Assembly (NCBI GenBank): GCA_004297545.1 | Contig: SCTB01000123.1 | Location: 20,630 to 84,629 of the forward strand | Reading direction: 5' to 3' | Length of the DNA stretch: 64,000 nt | From: Alphaproteobacteria bacterium | Lineage (GTDB): Bacteria; Pseudomonadota; Alphaproteobacteria; Micavibrionales; UBA2020 | In this document: positions 34,742 to 44,300 of the stretch, in pieces | Layout of the letters: each line of letters starts with the position of its first letter | Position numbering within the stretch: the first letter of the stretch is position 1 | The notes under the pieces: generated by a model | Seen by the model: the letters and a program-made list of their open reading frames with translations, nothing else | Told to the model about the DNA's origin: nothing | Database searches by the model: none | Translations under genes and position numbers: made by a program

Positions 34742-35757
34742 CTGAATGTCACCAGGTAAGCGCGGGAAACCTCCCCGCGGATTTTAACTGTAAACGCCTC
34801 TTCATACTTCAATTCCGGCAGCTTTTGAAGGGCGGATTTGAGGCTGGGCGTATCTGACGTCAGCAAGACGGCGCGCCAGCCGGGTTTTTTCGCCGTGCGC
34901 AGCATTTCCCGCAAGAGGGCTTCATAGAGCGCAGGGTTGGTGGCGGTATCGCCGAACTGCTTGCCGAAGGGCAGATTCGCCAGCGCGAGGTTCACGATGC
35001 CGTCCGTCAGGTCCGTCTGCGCGCCGTCCTTGTGGAAGACCTTGGCCTGCCGGATATTCTTCAGGTTCGTCTTCGCGACACTGACCGCCGCCTCATCCGT
35101 GTCGAAACCGACCAGCTGCCCAATATTCCGCTGCAGCCCGTGCACTTCGGCCAGCAGCGTGCCGCTGCCGCAGCAGTAATCCACGGCCATTTCCCCCTCC
35201 TGCGGACGGACTGCGAAAACCATCGCCGCCGCGATGGTGGACGGCAGGCTCCCTTCCCGCTCGCGCTTGCGGAAATGGCGGAATGGCGCCTCGTTCTGGT
35301 TGGCGGTCTGTAGCATAAGATAGAATTTTTCGTCGATAAGAAAGAGCCACAGCATCCGCCCTTCATCGGAAAAGCGCACGCCGCGGTCTTTCAGCTCCCG
35401 CGTCATGAAGCGGTCCATGTCGCGGCGGTCGAAATGGCGGCCGTCGGCCGTCACGGCCAGTTTCAGCGGCGTCTTCATTTTGCGCAGGATATCGCCGGCG
35501 CGGTCGAGCTGCGCGGGCGATATCTTGAACTGGCCGAACAACAGGCAGTCGCCGCAATCCTCCGCCACGCGCATCTCGCGCAGGCCCGCCGCCGAGACGA
35601 CATTCTTCAGGAATACGACATCGTGGTTGCGCTGACGCAGTTCCAGCGGACGCGCGCCGCGCTCCATGAGCTTGCGGAATTTCATCTCGTGCTGCAACAC
35701 GCGCGACAGACCGGGCGCGGAACGCAGGATCAGGGGATGGTTGCTGAATTTTGCCAT
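34738..35757 (-). CDS. THUMP-like class I SAM-dependent (RNA) methyltransferase, UPF0020 family
   Basis: GSLPSTIAAAMVFAV...AVDYCCGSGTLLAEV (motif I) and ANLPFGKQ (NPPY-like motif IV). 4-nt overlap with the downstream gene; abuts the upstream gene. Confidence 0.6.
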   Translation of the reverse strand: MAKFSNHPLILRSAPGLSRVLQHEMKFRKLMERGARPLELRQRNHDVVFLKNVVSAAGLREMRVAEDCGDCLLFGQFKISPAQLDRAGDILRKMKTPLKLAVTADGRHFDRRDMDRFMTRELKDRGVRFSDEGRMLWLFLIDEKFYLMLQTANQNEAPFRHFRKREREGSLPSTIAAAMVFAVRPQEGEMAVDYCCGSGTLLAEVHGLQRNIGQLVGFDTDEAAVSVAKTNLKNIRQAKVFHKDGAQTDLTDGIVNLALANLPFGKQFGDTATNPALYEALLREMLRTAKKPGWRAVLLTSDTPSLKSALQKLPELKYEEAFTVKIRGEVSRAYLVTFR

Positions 35758-36396
35758 TTATTTCGGCTGCGGCGGCGCGGGCGGTTTCGGCTGCGGGCGG
35801 CGCGCGATTTTATCGTTCAGATCGTCGATATCGACTTCGGCAATAATGCCGCGCGCCTTGTATTTGGGTATCTTCCAGAATTCGCGCAGGACCGCGCTGC
35901 GGAAACTGCGGTCGGAAAACCATTTGTCGCGATCCGCGCCGAAAGTATTGGGCGCCGTGAACATCTTTGTGACCGACGGCCAGTGTTTTTCCAGCGTCAT
36001 CAGGAAGCGTCGCGAGCCATGTATCTGCCCGATGCCCAGCACGGAATGGATTTTGCCGAACTCCTTCGTATTTTTCAGGAGCTGCATCGTTTCGATCACA
36101 TTCTCGCCCGTGTTCGTGGCCTTATCCTCGACGCGGATGGCGCTTTCCGGCACGCCCAGCGCGACGAGCCTGTCATGCATCTGATGGCATTCGAACGTGC
36201 CCTTGCTGGTCGGCACGCCGCCCGAGACGACGATCAGCGGAAAATAGCCCTTGTGATATAAATCCGCCGCGCGCTCCGCCAGCGCATCCGCCTGCTCGCC
36301 GCCGAACAGCAGGCACAGGTCCGCCTTCGCGAGACGCGTTTCGACGAGCATGTACTCGCCAACTTTTTTCAGGAATTCTTCCGTTAACTTTTTCAT
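35758..36396 (-). CDS. YdcF/ElyC (DUF218) family protein
   Basis: LIVVSGGVP...GVPESAIRVEDKATNTGENV signature. C-terminal tail ...RRPQPKPPAPPQPK. Confidence 0.7.
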   Translation of the reverse strand: MKKLTEEFLKKVGEYMLVETRLAKADLCLLFGGEQADALAERAADLYHKGYFPLIVVSGGVPTSKGTFECHQMHDRLVALGVPESAIRVEDKATNTGENVIETMQLLKNTKEFGKIHSVLGIGQIHGSRRFLMTLEKHWPSVTKMFTAPNTFGADRDKWFSDRSFRSAVLREFWKIPKYKARGIIAEVDIDDLNDKIARRPQPKPPAPPQPK

Positions 36397-36767
36397 TTAA
36401 TTTCCTTTGCCGAAGGCAAAGTCGTCAGTCCCCTCTCCCTCTGGGAGAGGGCTAGGGTGAGGGTACTTACAACACCCTCCAGATTGTCCTCCACTTCATT
36501 ATTCCAGAAGCGGATAACTTCATACCCAAGCTTATTAAGATATTTTGTGCGCGCCGCATCCTTCTTGCTCTCGCAATGTTGCCCGCCATCAACTTCAACG
36601 ATCAGTTTAAGTTCGAGGCATACGAAATCGGCGATGTAAGGACCAATAGGAAGCTGGCGGCGGAAGATGTACTTCAAATGATCATTGCGAAGGCAATTCC
36701 ACAACAGACACTCCGCATCTGTCTGCTCCCGTCGTAGCTTCCGCGCTCTTTGAACAGACTTTGCCAT
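36393..36767 (-). CDS. DUF559 (Vsr-like fold) endonuclease-domain protein
   Basis: RARKLRREQTDAECLLWNCLR...FRRQLPIGPYIADFVCLELKLIVEVDGGQH...KTKYLNKLGYEVIRFWNNEV. Start ATG 36765-36767. The C-terminal about 20 aa is read-through of the left arm, and the stop overlaps the ATG of 35758..36396. Confidence 0.8.
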   Translation of the reverse strand: MAKSVQRARKLRREQTDAECLLWNCLRNDHLKYIFRRQLPIGPYIADFVCLELKLIVEVDGGQHCESKKDAARTKYLNKLGYEVIRFWNNEVEDNLEGVVSTLTLALSQRERGLTTLPSAKEIK

Positions 36768-36850
36768 TTTACGTTCTTCCGTAGGTAGTACCCTCACCCT
36801 AGCCCTCCCCCAGAGGGGGAGGGGACTAACGACTTTCGCTACGCGAAAGG
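36404..36850. mobile_element. Inverted-repeat-bounded cassette carrying a DUF559 endonuclease gene (no transposase)
   Basis: The 64-bp arms at 36404-36467 and 36787-36850 are reverse complements: cctttgccgaaggcaaagtcgtcagtcccctctccctctgggagagggctagggtgagggtact versus cctttcgcgtagcgaaagtcgttagtcccctccccctctgggggagggctagggtgagggtact. Differences are compensatory within the local hairpins. The interior is AT-richer. Confidence 0.75.
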
Positions 36851-36879
36851 AAATATAATCCTTAACTTGCAGCCCTGAC

Positions 36880-38688
36880 TTACTTGCCCTGCGTCTTGGG
36901 CAGGTCGAGCTTGATATGCACGTCACGCAGCTGGTGCGCCTCGGCGGTCGAGGGCGCGCCCATCATCAGGTCTTCGGCCTGCTGGTTCATCGGGAAGGCT
37001 ATGACCTCGCGGATGTTCGGCTCCTTCGCCAGCATCATGATAATGCGGTCGATGCCGAAGGCGCAGCCGCCATGCGGCGGGGCGCCCAGCTTGAAGGCGT
37101 TGAACATGCCGCCGAATTTTTCCTGCACCGCGCCCTTCGGATAACCCGCGATCTCGAAGGCCTTTTCCATCGCATCGGGATTGTGGTTGCGGATGCCGCC
37201 GGAGCACAGTTCCAGCCCGTTCGCGACGCAGTCGTACTGGGTCGCCTTGATTTTCAGGGGCTCCTGCGTCTGCAGCGCCTTCAAGCCTCCCTGCGGCATG
37301 GAGAAGGGGTTGTGGGAGAAATCGACCTTGCCCGTCTTGTCGTTGATCTCGAACATCGGGTAATCGACAACCCAGCAGAACTTGAAGCAGTTCTTCTCGA
37401 TGATATCCATTTCCTCGGCGATCTTCGTGCGCGCCTTGCCGGCGAGCGATGCAGCCTTGTCGGCCATATCGCAGGCGAAGAAGACGGCGTCGCCGCCTTC
37501 GGCGCCGGTCGCCTTGCGCAGTTCTTCCTGCGCGGCAGCGGGCAGGAACTTCGCGATCGGGCCCTTGCCTTCGTTGCCTTCAAAAAGGACATAGCCGAGG
37601 CCGGGAGCGCCTTCGCTCTGCGCCCAGCTGTTCAGCTTGTCGAAGAAACTACGCGGACGGTCGGAGACTTTCGGGGCGCGGATGGCGCGGACGACGCCGC
37701 CCTTGTCGATGATGCCCTTGAAGGCCCTGAATTCGACATCGGGACGCGCAAAGACTTTTGTTACATCGACGATGATGAGAGGGTTACGCAGGTCCGGCTT
37801 GTCGTTGCCGTATTTCAGCATGGATTCATCGTAAGGGATGCGCACCCAGGGCGCGGGCGTGACGCTGTATTTCGTGCCGGTGAATTCGGAGAATTCCTCG
37901 AACACGCCGCCGATGACTTTTTCCATCACCGTGAAGACGTCTTCCTGCGTCACGAAGGACATTTCCATGTCGAGCTGGTAGAACTCGCCCGCGGTGCGGT
38001 CCGCGCGTGCGTCTTCGTCGCGGAAGCAGGGCGCGATCTGGAAGTATCTGTCGAAGCCCGACATCATCAACAATTGTTTGAACTGCTGCGGAGCCTGCGG
38101 CAGCGCGTAGAACTTGCCGGGATGCAGGCGCGACGGCACGAGAAAGTCGCGCGCGCCTTCCGGCGACGACGCGGTCAGGATCGGCGTCGTGAATTCGCGG
38201 AAGCCCTGTTCGACCATGCGGCGGCGCATGGAATAAACCACATCGCTGCGCAGCACGATATTGCGGTGGATGACGTTGCGGCGCAGGTCGAGGAAGCGGT
38301 ATTTGAGGCGTACTTCCTCGCCGTAAGGTTCGTCCGAGTTCACCTGCAGCGGCAGCATCTCGGTCACTTCGGAGGAGAGAAGCTCCATCGACTTCGCGTC
38401 CAGCTCGATCTCGCCCGTGGGCAGCTGCTTGTTCACGGTTTCGGGCGTGCGCATGAGCACCTCGCCCGTAATGCAGATGACGTTCTCGAGCTTCAGCTTC
38501 TCGATCTCTTTCGCGATGGGATTGTTCTGCTTCACCACGACCTGTGTCAGTCCGTAATGGTCGCGCAGGTCGACGAACAAAACGCCGCCATGGTCGCGCA
38601 CGCGGTGAATCCACCCCGAGATGCGAACGGTCTTGCCTTTGTCCCCCGCCCGGAGCTGGCCGCAGGTATGGGTGCGATAGGCATGCAT
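36880..38688 (-). CDS. aspS: Aspartate--tRNA ligase (probably non-discriminating)
   Basis: [13 protein letters not shown] start typical of bacterial AspRS. Class II motifs ([30 protein letters not shown]). Start set to ATG 38686-38688. Confidence 0.95.
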   Translation of the reverse strand: MHAYRTHTCGQLRAGDKGKTVRISGWIHRVRDHGGVLFVDLRDHYGLTQVVVKQNNPIAKEIEKLKLENVICITGEVLMRTPETVNKQLPTGEIELDAKSMELLSSEVTEMLPLQVNSDEPYGEEVRLKYRFLDLRRNVIHRNIVLRSDVVYSMRRRMVEQGFREFTTPILTASSPEGARDFLVPSRLHPGKFYALPQAPQQFKQLLMMSGFDRYFQIAPCFRDEDARADRTAGEFYQLDMEMSFVTQEDVFTVMEKVIGGVFEEFSEFTGTKYSVTPAPWVRIPYDESMLKYGNDKPDLRNPLIIVDVTKVFARPDVEFRAFKGIIDKGGVVRAIRAPKVSDRPRSFFDKLNSWAQSEGAPGLGYVLFEGNEGKGPIAKFLPAAAQEELRKATGAEGGDAVFFACDMADKAASLAGKARTKIAEEMDIIEKNCFKFCWVVDYPMFEINDKTGKVDFSHNPFSMPQGGLKALQTQEPLKIKATQYDCVANGLELCSGGIRNHNPDAMEKAFEIAGYPKGAVQEKFGGMFNAFKLGAPPHGGCAFGIDRIIMMLAKEPNIREVIAFPMNQQAEDLMMGAPSTAEAHQLRDVHIKLDLPKTQGK

Positions 38689-39006
38689 AAGAGAATCCCT
38701 TTGAATTTCCTTGGTCTGGGTGGCGTGAGCGTGCATAAGAGAATCCCTCTGATTTCCGTCCAAAAATGGCCTATATTTTTAGCATAAAACAGTGCCGGGA
38801 ATAAACTTCGCGATTTAAGCGGCTGTTATTATACATAATTAACCAGCGGCGCCCGGGGAATGCGGGGACGGTTCCTGTTCAAAATTCCTTAAGGAAATCA
38901 GGTTATGTTTCTTTTATTGCACCTTTGACCGTCCTCCGCAAAGATAACGGGTAGGATGAGACTTTCGGAGGCGCCCATCGCCTCCCTTAAACAGGGGTTT
39001 GAAAAG

Positions 39007-40005
39007 ATGCGCAGTTTCGTGTTTGTCGTGCTTGGCTTGTTGATCTTCGCGCCTTCCGCCTTTGCCCAGCCGACGCCGGAACAGGGCCTGGATATCCGCA
39101 GCCTGCTGCATAAAGTCGGCCTCGGCGAGGCGGAGGCCGCCTATACGCTCGGTTACTACTACCAGACCGGCACCGGCGGCGTGCGGCAGAACTACCAGAC
39201 TGCCATCTATTACTACGAAATCGCCGGCAAGAAGGACTATGTGCCGGCCGAGGTGAACCTTGGCGCGATTTACCTGCAGGGCCTCGGCGTCGAGCCCGAT
39301 CCCGCCAAAGCCGCAAGCTGGTTCTTCTCCGCGGCGAACCACGGGCACCCGACGGCGGAAAACCAGCTGGCGCTCCTTTATTACAAAGGCACGGGCATTC
39401 CCAAAGACTTAAAGAAAGCTTTCGAGCTCTGGACCCGCGCGCAGAAGCACGGCAGCGTGGAAGCCTCCCGGCGCCTCGGCGATATGTACCTGAACGGGGA
39501 GCACGTTCAGCAAAGCGACGAAGAAGCCATCAAGTGGTATTCGCTGGCCGCCAAGAAAGGCAATGCCGCCGCCCAGAGCAAGCTGGCGGAGCTTTCAAAA
39601 TCGGGCCGCGGCGCCTCCATGGGGGAGAACGGCCTCCTGAACCTTTACCGCAGCGCCGCGATGAAGGGCGACGCGCTGGCCCAGTACAACCTGGGAAAGC
39701 TGTATGAAAAGGGCGAAGGCGTGGCAGCCGACTGGGGCACGGCGATCAAATGGTACCGCAAGGCCGCGACGCAGGGCCAACCGGACGCGCAGCATGCGCT
39801 CGGCAAGGCCTATGCGGATGGAACCGGCGTGGCGCAGAGCAACACCAGCGCCTGGTACTGGTACGCGCTGGCGGCGTCAAATTCGAAAAACGAGACTTAT
39901 GGCAGCGACCGCGACCTGATGGCCCTCAAGCTGACCCCCGAGCAGATCACGGCGGGTCAGAAAGACGTGGCCGAGTTCAAGCCCAAGCTCGAAGGCGCGC
40001 AATAA
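39007..40005 (+). CDS. Secreted Sel1-like repeat protein (about 8 SLR units)
   Basis: Signal peptide MRSFVFVVLGLLIFAPSAFA. Repeated A..WF/WY..AA..G...A...LG.(M/L)Y..G.GV..(D/N) units. Confidence 0.8.
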   Translation: MRSFVFVVLGLLIFAPSAFAQPTPEQGLDIRSLLHKVGLGEAEAAYTLGYYYQTGTGGVRQNYQTAIYYYEIAGKKDYVPAEVNLGAIYLQGLGVEPDPAKAASWFFSAANHGHPTAENQLALLYYKGTGIPKDLKKAFELWTRAQKHGSVEASRRLGDMYLNGEHVQQSDEEAIKWYSLAAKKGNAAAQSKLAELSKSGRGASMGENGLLNLYRSAAMKGDALAQYNLGKLYEKGEGVAADWGTAIKWYRKAATQGQPDAQHALGKAYADGTGVAQSNTSAWYWYALAASNSKNETYGSDRDLMALKLTPEQITAGQKDVAEFKPKLEGAQ

Positions 40006-40070
40006 ATCGGCCCCCGGTATAAAATTAACCGTGGCGGAACGCGGGCGACTGCTCTAGTTTACTTGGCACA

Positions 40071-41246
40071 ATGACACTGATCACCACCTCCAAAGACCTG
40101 AAATCCCTGTGCACCCGCCTGAAGAAGGCGGATTTCGTCACGGTCGACACGGAATTCATCCGCGAAAAGACCTATTGGCCGCACCTCTGCCTGATCCAGG
40201 TGGCGGGGCAGGACGACGAGGCCTATGCCATCGACCCGCTGGCCGAGGACATGGACCTGGAACCCTTTTACGAGCTGATGCAGAACAAGGAAGTGCTGAA
40301 GGTCTTCCACGCCTGCCGCCAGGACCTCGAGATTTTCTTCAACGAGGGCGGCAAGCTGCCCACCCCGATTTTCGACACGCAGGTGGCCGCCATGGTCTGC
40401 GGCTACGGCGAGCAGGTGAGCTATGAGGTCCTCGTCAATTCGATTTTGAAGAAACACCTCGACAAATCCAGCCGCTTCACCGACTGGGCGCAGCGCCCCC
40501 TGACCTCCAAGCAGCTGAAATACGCGCTGGCCGACGTCACGCACCTGCGCAAGATATTCCTGAAGCTGGCCGAGCGCATCGAGAACCTCGAGCGCACCTC
40601 GTGGATACGCGACGAGATGAAAAAGCTTTCCAACAAGGAAAACTACATCAACCGCCCCGAAGACGCCTGGGAGCGCATCAAGCTGCCCAACCACAAGCAG
40701 CGCACGCTCTGCATCGTCAAGGAGCTCGCCGCCTGGCGCGAAACGATGGCGCAGGCCGTCGACGTGCCGCGCGGGCGCATCCTGAAAGACGAGGCGATCT
40801 CCGAAATCGCGGCGCATCCGCCGACGACCAAGGAGGCGCTGGGCAAAATGCGCAACGTGAACCACGGCTTCGCCGAAAGCGCGCGCGGGGACGAAGTGCT
40901 GGAAGCCGTGAAGCGCGGCATGGAAATGGAAGAGAGCGACGGCCCGCAGCGCGAGCCGCGCACCCAGCTGCCCCCCGGCCTTGCGCCCACCATCGACCTC
41001 CTGCGCGTGCTGCTGAAGCTCAAATGCGAAGAAAACGAAGTGGCGCCGAAACTGCTCTGCTCCGCAGCCGACCTCGAGCTCATCGCCGGTTTCGGCAAGG
41101 AAGCCAAAGTCGCCGCCATGTCCGGCTGGCGTTTCAAGGTTTTCGGCAAGGAAGCCCTCGAACTGCGCGACGGCAAGCTCGCCATGGCCGTCGAGAACGG
41201 CAAGCTGAAGCTGGTGAAGACCGCGGAAGTCGCGGCGGCGGAGTAA
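40071..41246 (+). CDS. rnd: Ribonuclease D
   Basis: DEDD exonuclease motifs (VTVDTEFIREKTYWPHLCLIQVA; VFHACRQDLEIF; YALADVTHL) plus an HRDC region. Confidence 0.9.
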   Translation: MTLITTSKDLKSLCTRLKKADFVTVDTEFIREKTYWPHLCLIQVAGQDDEAYAIDPLAEDMDLEPFYELMQNKEVLKVFHACRQDLEIFFNEGGKLPTPIFDTQVAAMVCGYGEQVSYEVLVNSILKKHLDKSSRFTDWAQRPLTSKQLKYALADVTHLRKIFLKLAERIENLERTSWIRDEMKKLSNKENYINRPEDAWERIKLPNHKQRTLCIVKELAAWRETMAQAVDVPRGRILKDEAISEIAAHPPTTKEALGKMRNVNHGFAESARGDEVLEAVKRGMEMEESDGPQREPRTQLPPGLAPTIDLLRVLLKLKCEENEVAPKLLCSAADLELIAGFGKEAKVAAMSGWRFKVFGKEALELRDGKLAMAVENGKLKLVKTAEVAAAE

Positions 41247-41256
41247 TCCTTATCAT

Positions 41257-41334
41257 GTCATTCTGAGCGCAGCGAAGAATCTCTCTTCGCATGCCAAGGG
41301 AGATTCTTCGGTCGCTTTGCTCCCTCAGAATGAC
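41257..41334. repeat. Nested-palindrome intergenic element (GTCATTCTGAG type)
   Basis: gtcattctgagcgcagcgaagaatctct ... agagattcttcggtcgctttgctccctcagaatgac. Confidence 0.8.
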
Positions 41335-41342
41335 AAATAAAA

Positions 41343-42821
41343 TTAACTCGCTATCCCCGCCTCTTTCCCCATCGCCTGCGCGAGGCGGTCGAGGGAGCGG
41401 CCGATGACTTCGGCGTTCAGCATGTGGGAGCCGGGGTCGAGCTTTAGGGTCAGCTTCTGCGGCGTGACGACGAGGCTGCTGTCTTTGAGCAAACTTAAAG
41501 CGCCCCCCGTCAGCAGATATCCCATGCGCTGCGCGAGGCCGGCCACGACCGCAGTCATCGTCATTTTCTCGTCGATGAGCTTGGCCGTGATGTTATGCAC
41601 CGTTTCCGCATCGTCGCCCATGTAGCGCGCGTATTGCATCAACGCCAGGAACGCGCGGCCCGGGTGGTCGATGCCGTAGAAGGGCATGACGAGGATGCGC
41701 TCGAAAGCATGGCGCGCCTGATAGTCTTCATGCTCGAACCAGCTGATATCGGAGAGCAGGCAACCCGCCTGCAACAGGCGCTGCGTCTTCGCGTCTTCCT
41801 TCGCGAAGAGGGGCGACATCCAGCGCGAGAGCGCCGTAAAACCCTCGACATCGCCGAAGCGGCTGACCTGCCGCGCCACCTTGCGGCAGGAGGCGATCAG
41901 CGCGTCTTCCTTCTGCGTATCGGGCGACAGCACGTCATAGAGCATCCCTTCGCGCAGGCCGGTGCCGGAAAATATCAGGCGCGACGGTTTCAGCACCTCG
42001 AACACGCGATGCATGGCCAGCGCCGCCACGCCCATGTCGTGCAGGCGCTTTTCCATCATGCCCACGGTTTTCTGCAGGGACGCCACGCTCTGGTTTGAAA
42101 TCAGCTCCGCGAATTCGGCGGCCTTTTTTCCCTCGACCGTATAATGGTCGAGCACATGCAGCGGGTGCTTGACCATATGCATATGCGCGCGCGCCATCGA
42201 TCTCCACGCGCCGCCCATGGCATAGAAATCCTTGCCGGTCAGGTTCTGCAGGAACGGCAGGGCCGCGAGATGATCGTCGATGGCCTTCACGCGCGCGTCC
42301 CGCGTCTTGATGGCATGCAGCCGGTGCGCGCCCAGGGGCAGGCTCGCCTTGTGTCTTACAATATCGTTCTCGATGACGATCAGTTCCAGCGAACCGCCGC
42401 CGTAATCGCCGATAACACCCTGCGCGCCGAGGCCGTTCATCATGACGCCGTGGGCGGCAAGCCGCGCTTCCTCCTCCCCCTCGATAATCCGGATCTCGAG
42501 CCCGAAGTCGTCTTTCACTTTTTTGATGAAAGCCGCGCCGTCCGCCGCGTCGCGCATGGCGGCCGTGGCGACCGCCCGCACCTGCTTGATTTTCATGGCG
42601 CGGATGAGGCCCGCATAGCGCCCGATGGAATCGAGCGCCGCCGTGATGCCCTCGGGGTTCAGCTTGCCGGTGGTGGCGAGATGCTTGCCGAGATGGCACT
42701 GCGTGCGCTCATTATGGATTTTAAACGGGGCGCGGTTCAGCCCGTCATAGACCACAAGCCGCACGGCGTTGGAGCCGATATCGATGACGGCGACATAATC
42801 TTTTGTGGTTCCTTCAGGCAT
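41343..42821 (-). CDS. ppx: Exopolyphosphatase (Ppx/GppA family)
   Basis: VAVIDIGSNAVRLVVYDG..., IGDYGGGSLEL (ASKHA fold phosphate motifs). 492 aa. Confidence 0.85.
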   Translation of the reverse strand: MPEGTTKDYVAVIDIGSNAVRLVVYDGLNRAPFKIHNERTQCHLGKHLATTGKLNPEGITAALDSIGRYAGLIRAMKIKQVRAVATAAMRDAADGAAFIKKVKDDFGLEIRIIEGEEEARLAAHGVMMNGLGAQGVIGDYGGGSLELIVIENDIVRHKASLPLGAHRLHAIKTRDARVKAIDDHLAALPFLQNLTGKDFYAMGGAWRSMARAHMHMVKHPLHVLDHYTVEGKKAAEFAELISNQSVASLQKTVGMMEKRLHDMGVAALAMHRVFEVLKPSRLIFSGTGLREGMLYDVLSPDTQKEDALIASCRKVARQVSRFGDVEGFTALSRWMSPLFAKEDAKTQRLLQAGCLLSDISWFEHEDYQARHAFERILVMPFYGIDHPGRAFLALMQYARYMGDDAETVHNITAKLIDEKMTMTAVVAGLAQRMGYLLTGGALSLLKDSSLVVTPQKLTLKLDPGSHMLNAEVIGRSLDRLAQAMGKEAGIAS

Positions 42822-42882
42822 GACAACCCGTTGCTGCTTCGATATAGTTTATACAGCATTTTATACGACAGGCTATAAGGAA

Positions 42883-43386
42883 ATGAAAACGCTCTGCCTG
42901 CTCAGGCACGCCCATTCCGACCACGCCACGACGCCCGACATGGACGACCATGACCGCATCCTGTCGGCGCGCGGGCAAAGGGAGGCCGAGAATGTCGGCG
43001 CCTTCATGAAAGAGCAGCGCATATTGCCCGACGCCATGTTCTGCTCCTCTTCCGTGCGCACCGTCGAAACCGCGCGCATCGCCTTCGCGGAACTTTTCAG
43101 GGGCGGCATGGATTCGCTGGCGAGCCGCTTCGACCGCGACTTCTACCTCGCCCCGCCCGAGGTCATCATGGACGAGGTGCGCGAGGCGGATGACCGCTAC
43201 AGCCACATCATCGTCGTCGGCCACAACCCCGGGCTCGAAGACCTCGCCGAAAAACTCGCCCGCGGCAGCGACCAGGTCATCGGCAAATTCCCGCCCTCGG
43301 CGCTTGCCGTCTTCACCTGCGACGTCGATAAATGGCAGGACTTTTCGCCCAAGAAGGCGCAGCTGAAAACGGTGTTTATGCCGTAG
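42883..43386 (+). CDS. Histidine phosphatase family protein (SixA-like)
   Basis: LCLLRHAHSD (RHG-type motif), ...CSSSVRTVETA..., ...IVVGHNPGLEDL. Start ATG 42883. Confidence 0.7.
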   Translation: MKTLCLLRHAHSDHATTPDMDDHDRILSARGQREAENVGAFMKEQRILPDAMFCSSSVRTVETARIAFAELFRGGMDSLASRFDRDFYLAPPEVIMDEVREADDRYSHIIVVGHNPGLEDLAEKLARGSDQVIGKFPPSALAVFTCDVDKWQDFSPKKAQLKTVFMP

Positions 43387-43477
43387 CGTACTTTTCCTCA
43401 CCCTCTGGGTGAGGAAGGGGCCCGCGCCGAAGGCGTGGGAAGGTGGGGGTACTTTGTGCAGGGATTGGAATGATTGA

Positions 43478-43918
43478 ATGACGACGATAAGTAAAGAGCT
43501 GAAGGAGCTATTTGCGAAGATCAATTCGACAGCGGATTTTTGTTACGTTGAATTCTCAGATGTCAATACGACGAATGCCTTGGGTGAGAACGCCCTTCAT
43601 ATTGCTGTTAGATGGGGCGAGATTGACGCCGTAAAACTGCTGATTTCGTCGGGAGCCGACATTAACAAACACGGTGAATACGGATACACCCCTCTTCATT
43701 ATGCAGCCGAATGCGGCTACCAAGAGATAGTAAAACTGCTACTTGATTCAGGGGCAAACCCGTTCGCCCGCACCGAAGGAGATATACCATCTACATTGGC
43801 ACGATTTAAAGACAATAAGACCATTTGTGATTTGTTAGATGAGTACATGCGTAAGTCGCCGTACCGGCCCAAAGGGTGGATATTCAGCGGAGAAGACCTT
43901 ATAAACCGGAAAGACTAA
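43478..43918 (+). CDS. Small ankyrin-repeat protein
   Basis: GENALHIAVRWGEIDAVKLLISSGADINKHGEYGYTPLHYAAECGYQEIVKLLLDSGANP. Confidence 0.8.
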   Translation: MTTISKELKELFAKINSTADFCYVEFSDVNTTNALGENALHIAVRWGEIDAVKLLISSGADINKHGEYGYTPLHYAAECGYQEIVKLLLDSGANPFARTEGDIPSTLARFKDNKTICDLLDEYMRKSPYRPKGWIFSGEDLINRKD

Positions 43919-43946
43919 ATCGTGTAAAAATGGCGGAGCTTGAAAC

Positions 43947-44300
43947 ATGGATGTAAAAGTTATCACACTCCCCACCGATCAGATTACAGACTGGAATAGC
44001 TTTCATTCCGTGTGTAAGGACGTTTTTGGTTTTCCAGACTTCTACGGCAGGAATATGAATGCTTGGATTGACTGCATGACCTCCGTCGATTGCGCGGAGG
44101 ACGGCATGACGACTGTAAATGTTGCTGATGGAGGGCTATTAGTTATCAGAGTCGACAATGCAGCAGAATTCAAAAAGCGTTGTCCGGAAGAGCATGAAGC
44201 ATTGATAGAGTGTGCAGCTTTCGTAAACTATCGGCGCATAGACGTTAAGGGGCAGCCTGTTTTGGCGCTCATGTTAATAGGCGATTATCCGAACCCATAG
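43947..44300 (+). CDS. Barstar-like ribonuclease-inhibitor family protein
   Basis: I..W..FH....DVFGFPDFYGRNMNAWIDCM matches the barstar N-terminal signature (FP.YYG.N.DA..D). 117 aa. Confidence 0.55.
   Translation: MDVKVITLPTDQITDWNSFHSVCKDVFGFPDFYGRNMNAWIDCMTSVDCAEDGMTTVNVADGGLLVIRVDNAAEFKKRCPEEHEALIECAAFVNYRRIDVKGQPVLALMLIGDYPNP

Noticed and set aside
36916-38787. 623-aa + strand ORF, and similar long shadows (7595..9106, 12520..13584, 16137..17156, 16978..18111, 20481..21857, 33638..34759, 35434..36261, 40059..40865, 42144..42878, 42814..43524, 46042..46893, 47746..48620, 48655..49635, 50896..51699, 52657..53397, 56428..57294, 61395..62072)
   Set aside because: Each overlaps a gene with strong family motifs (aspS, ppk, htpG, rnd, ppx, priA, xerC and others). 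Each has the Arg/Ala/Gly/His-rich composition of non-coding frames in high-GC genomes.
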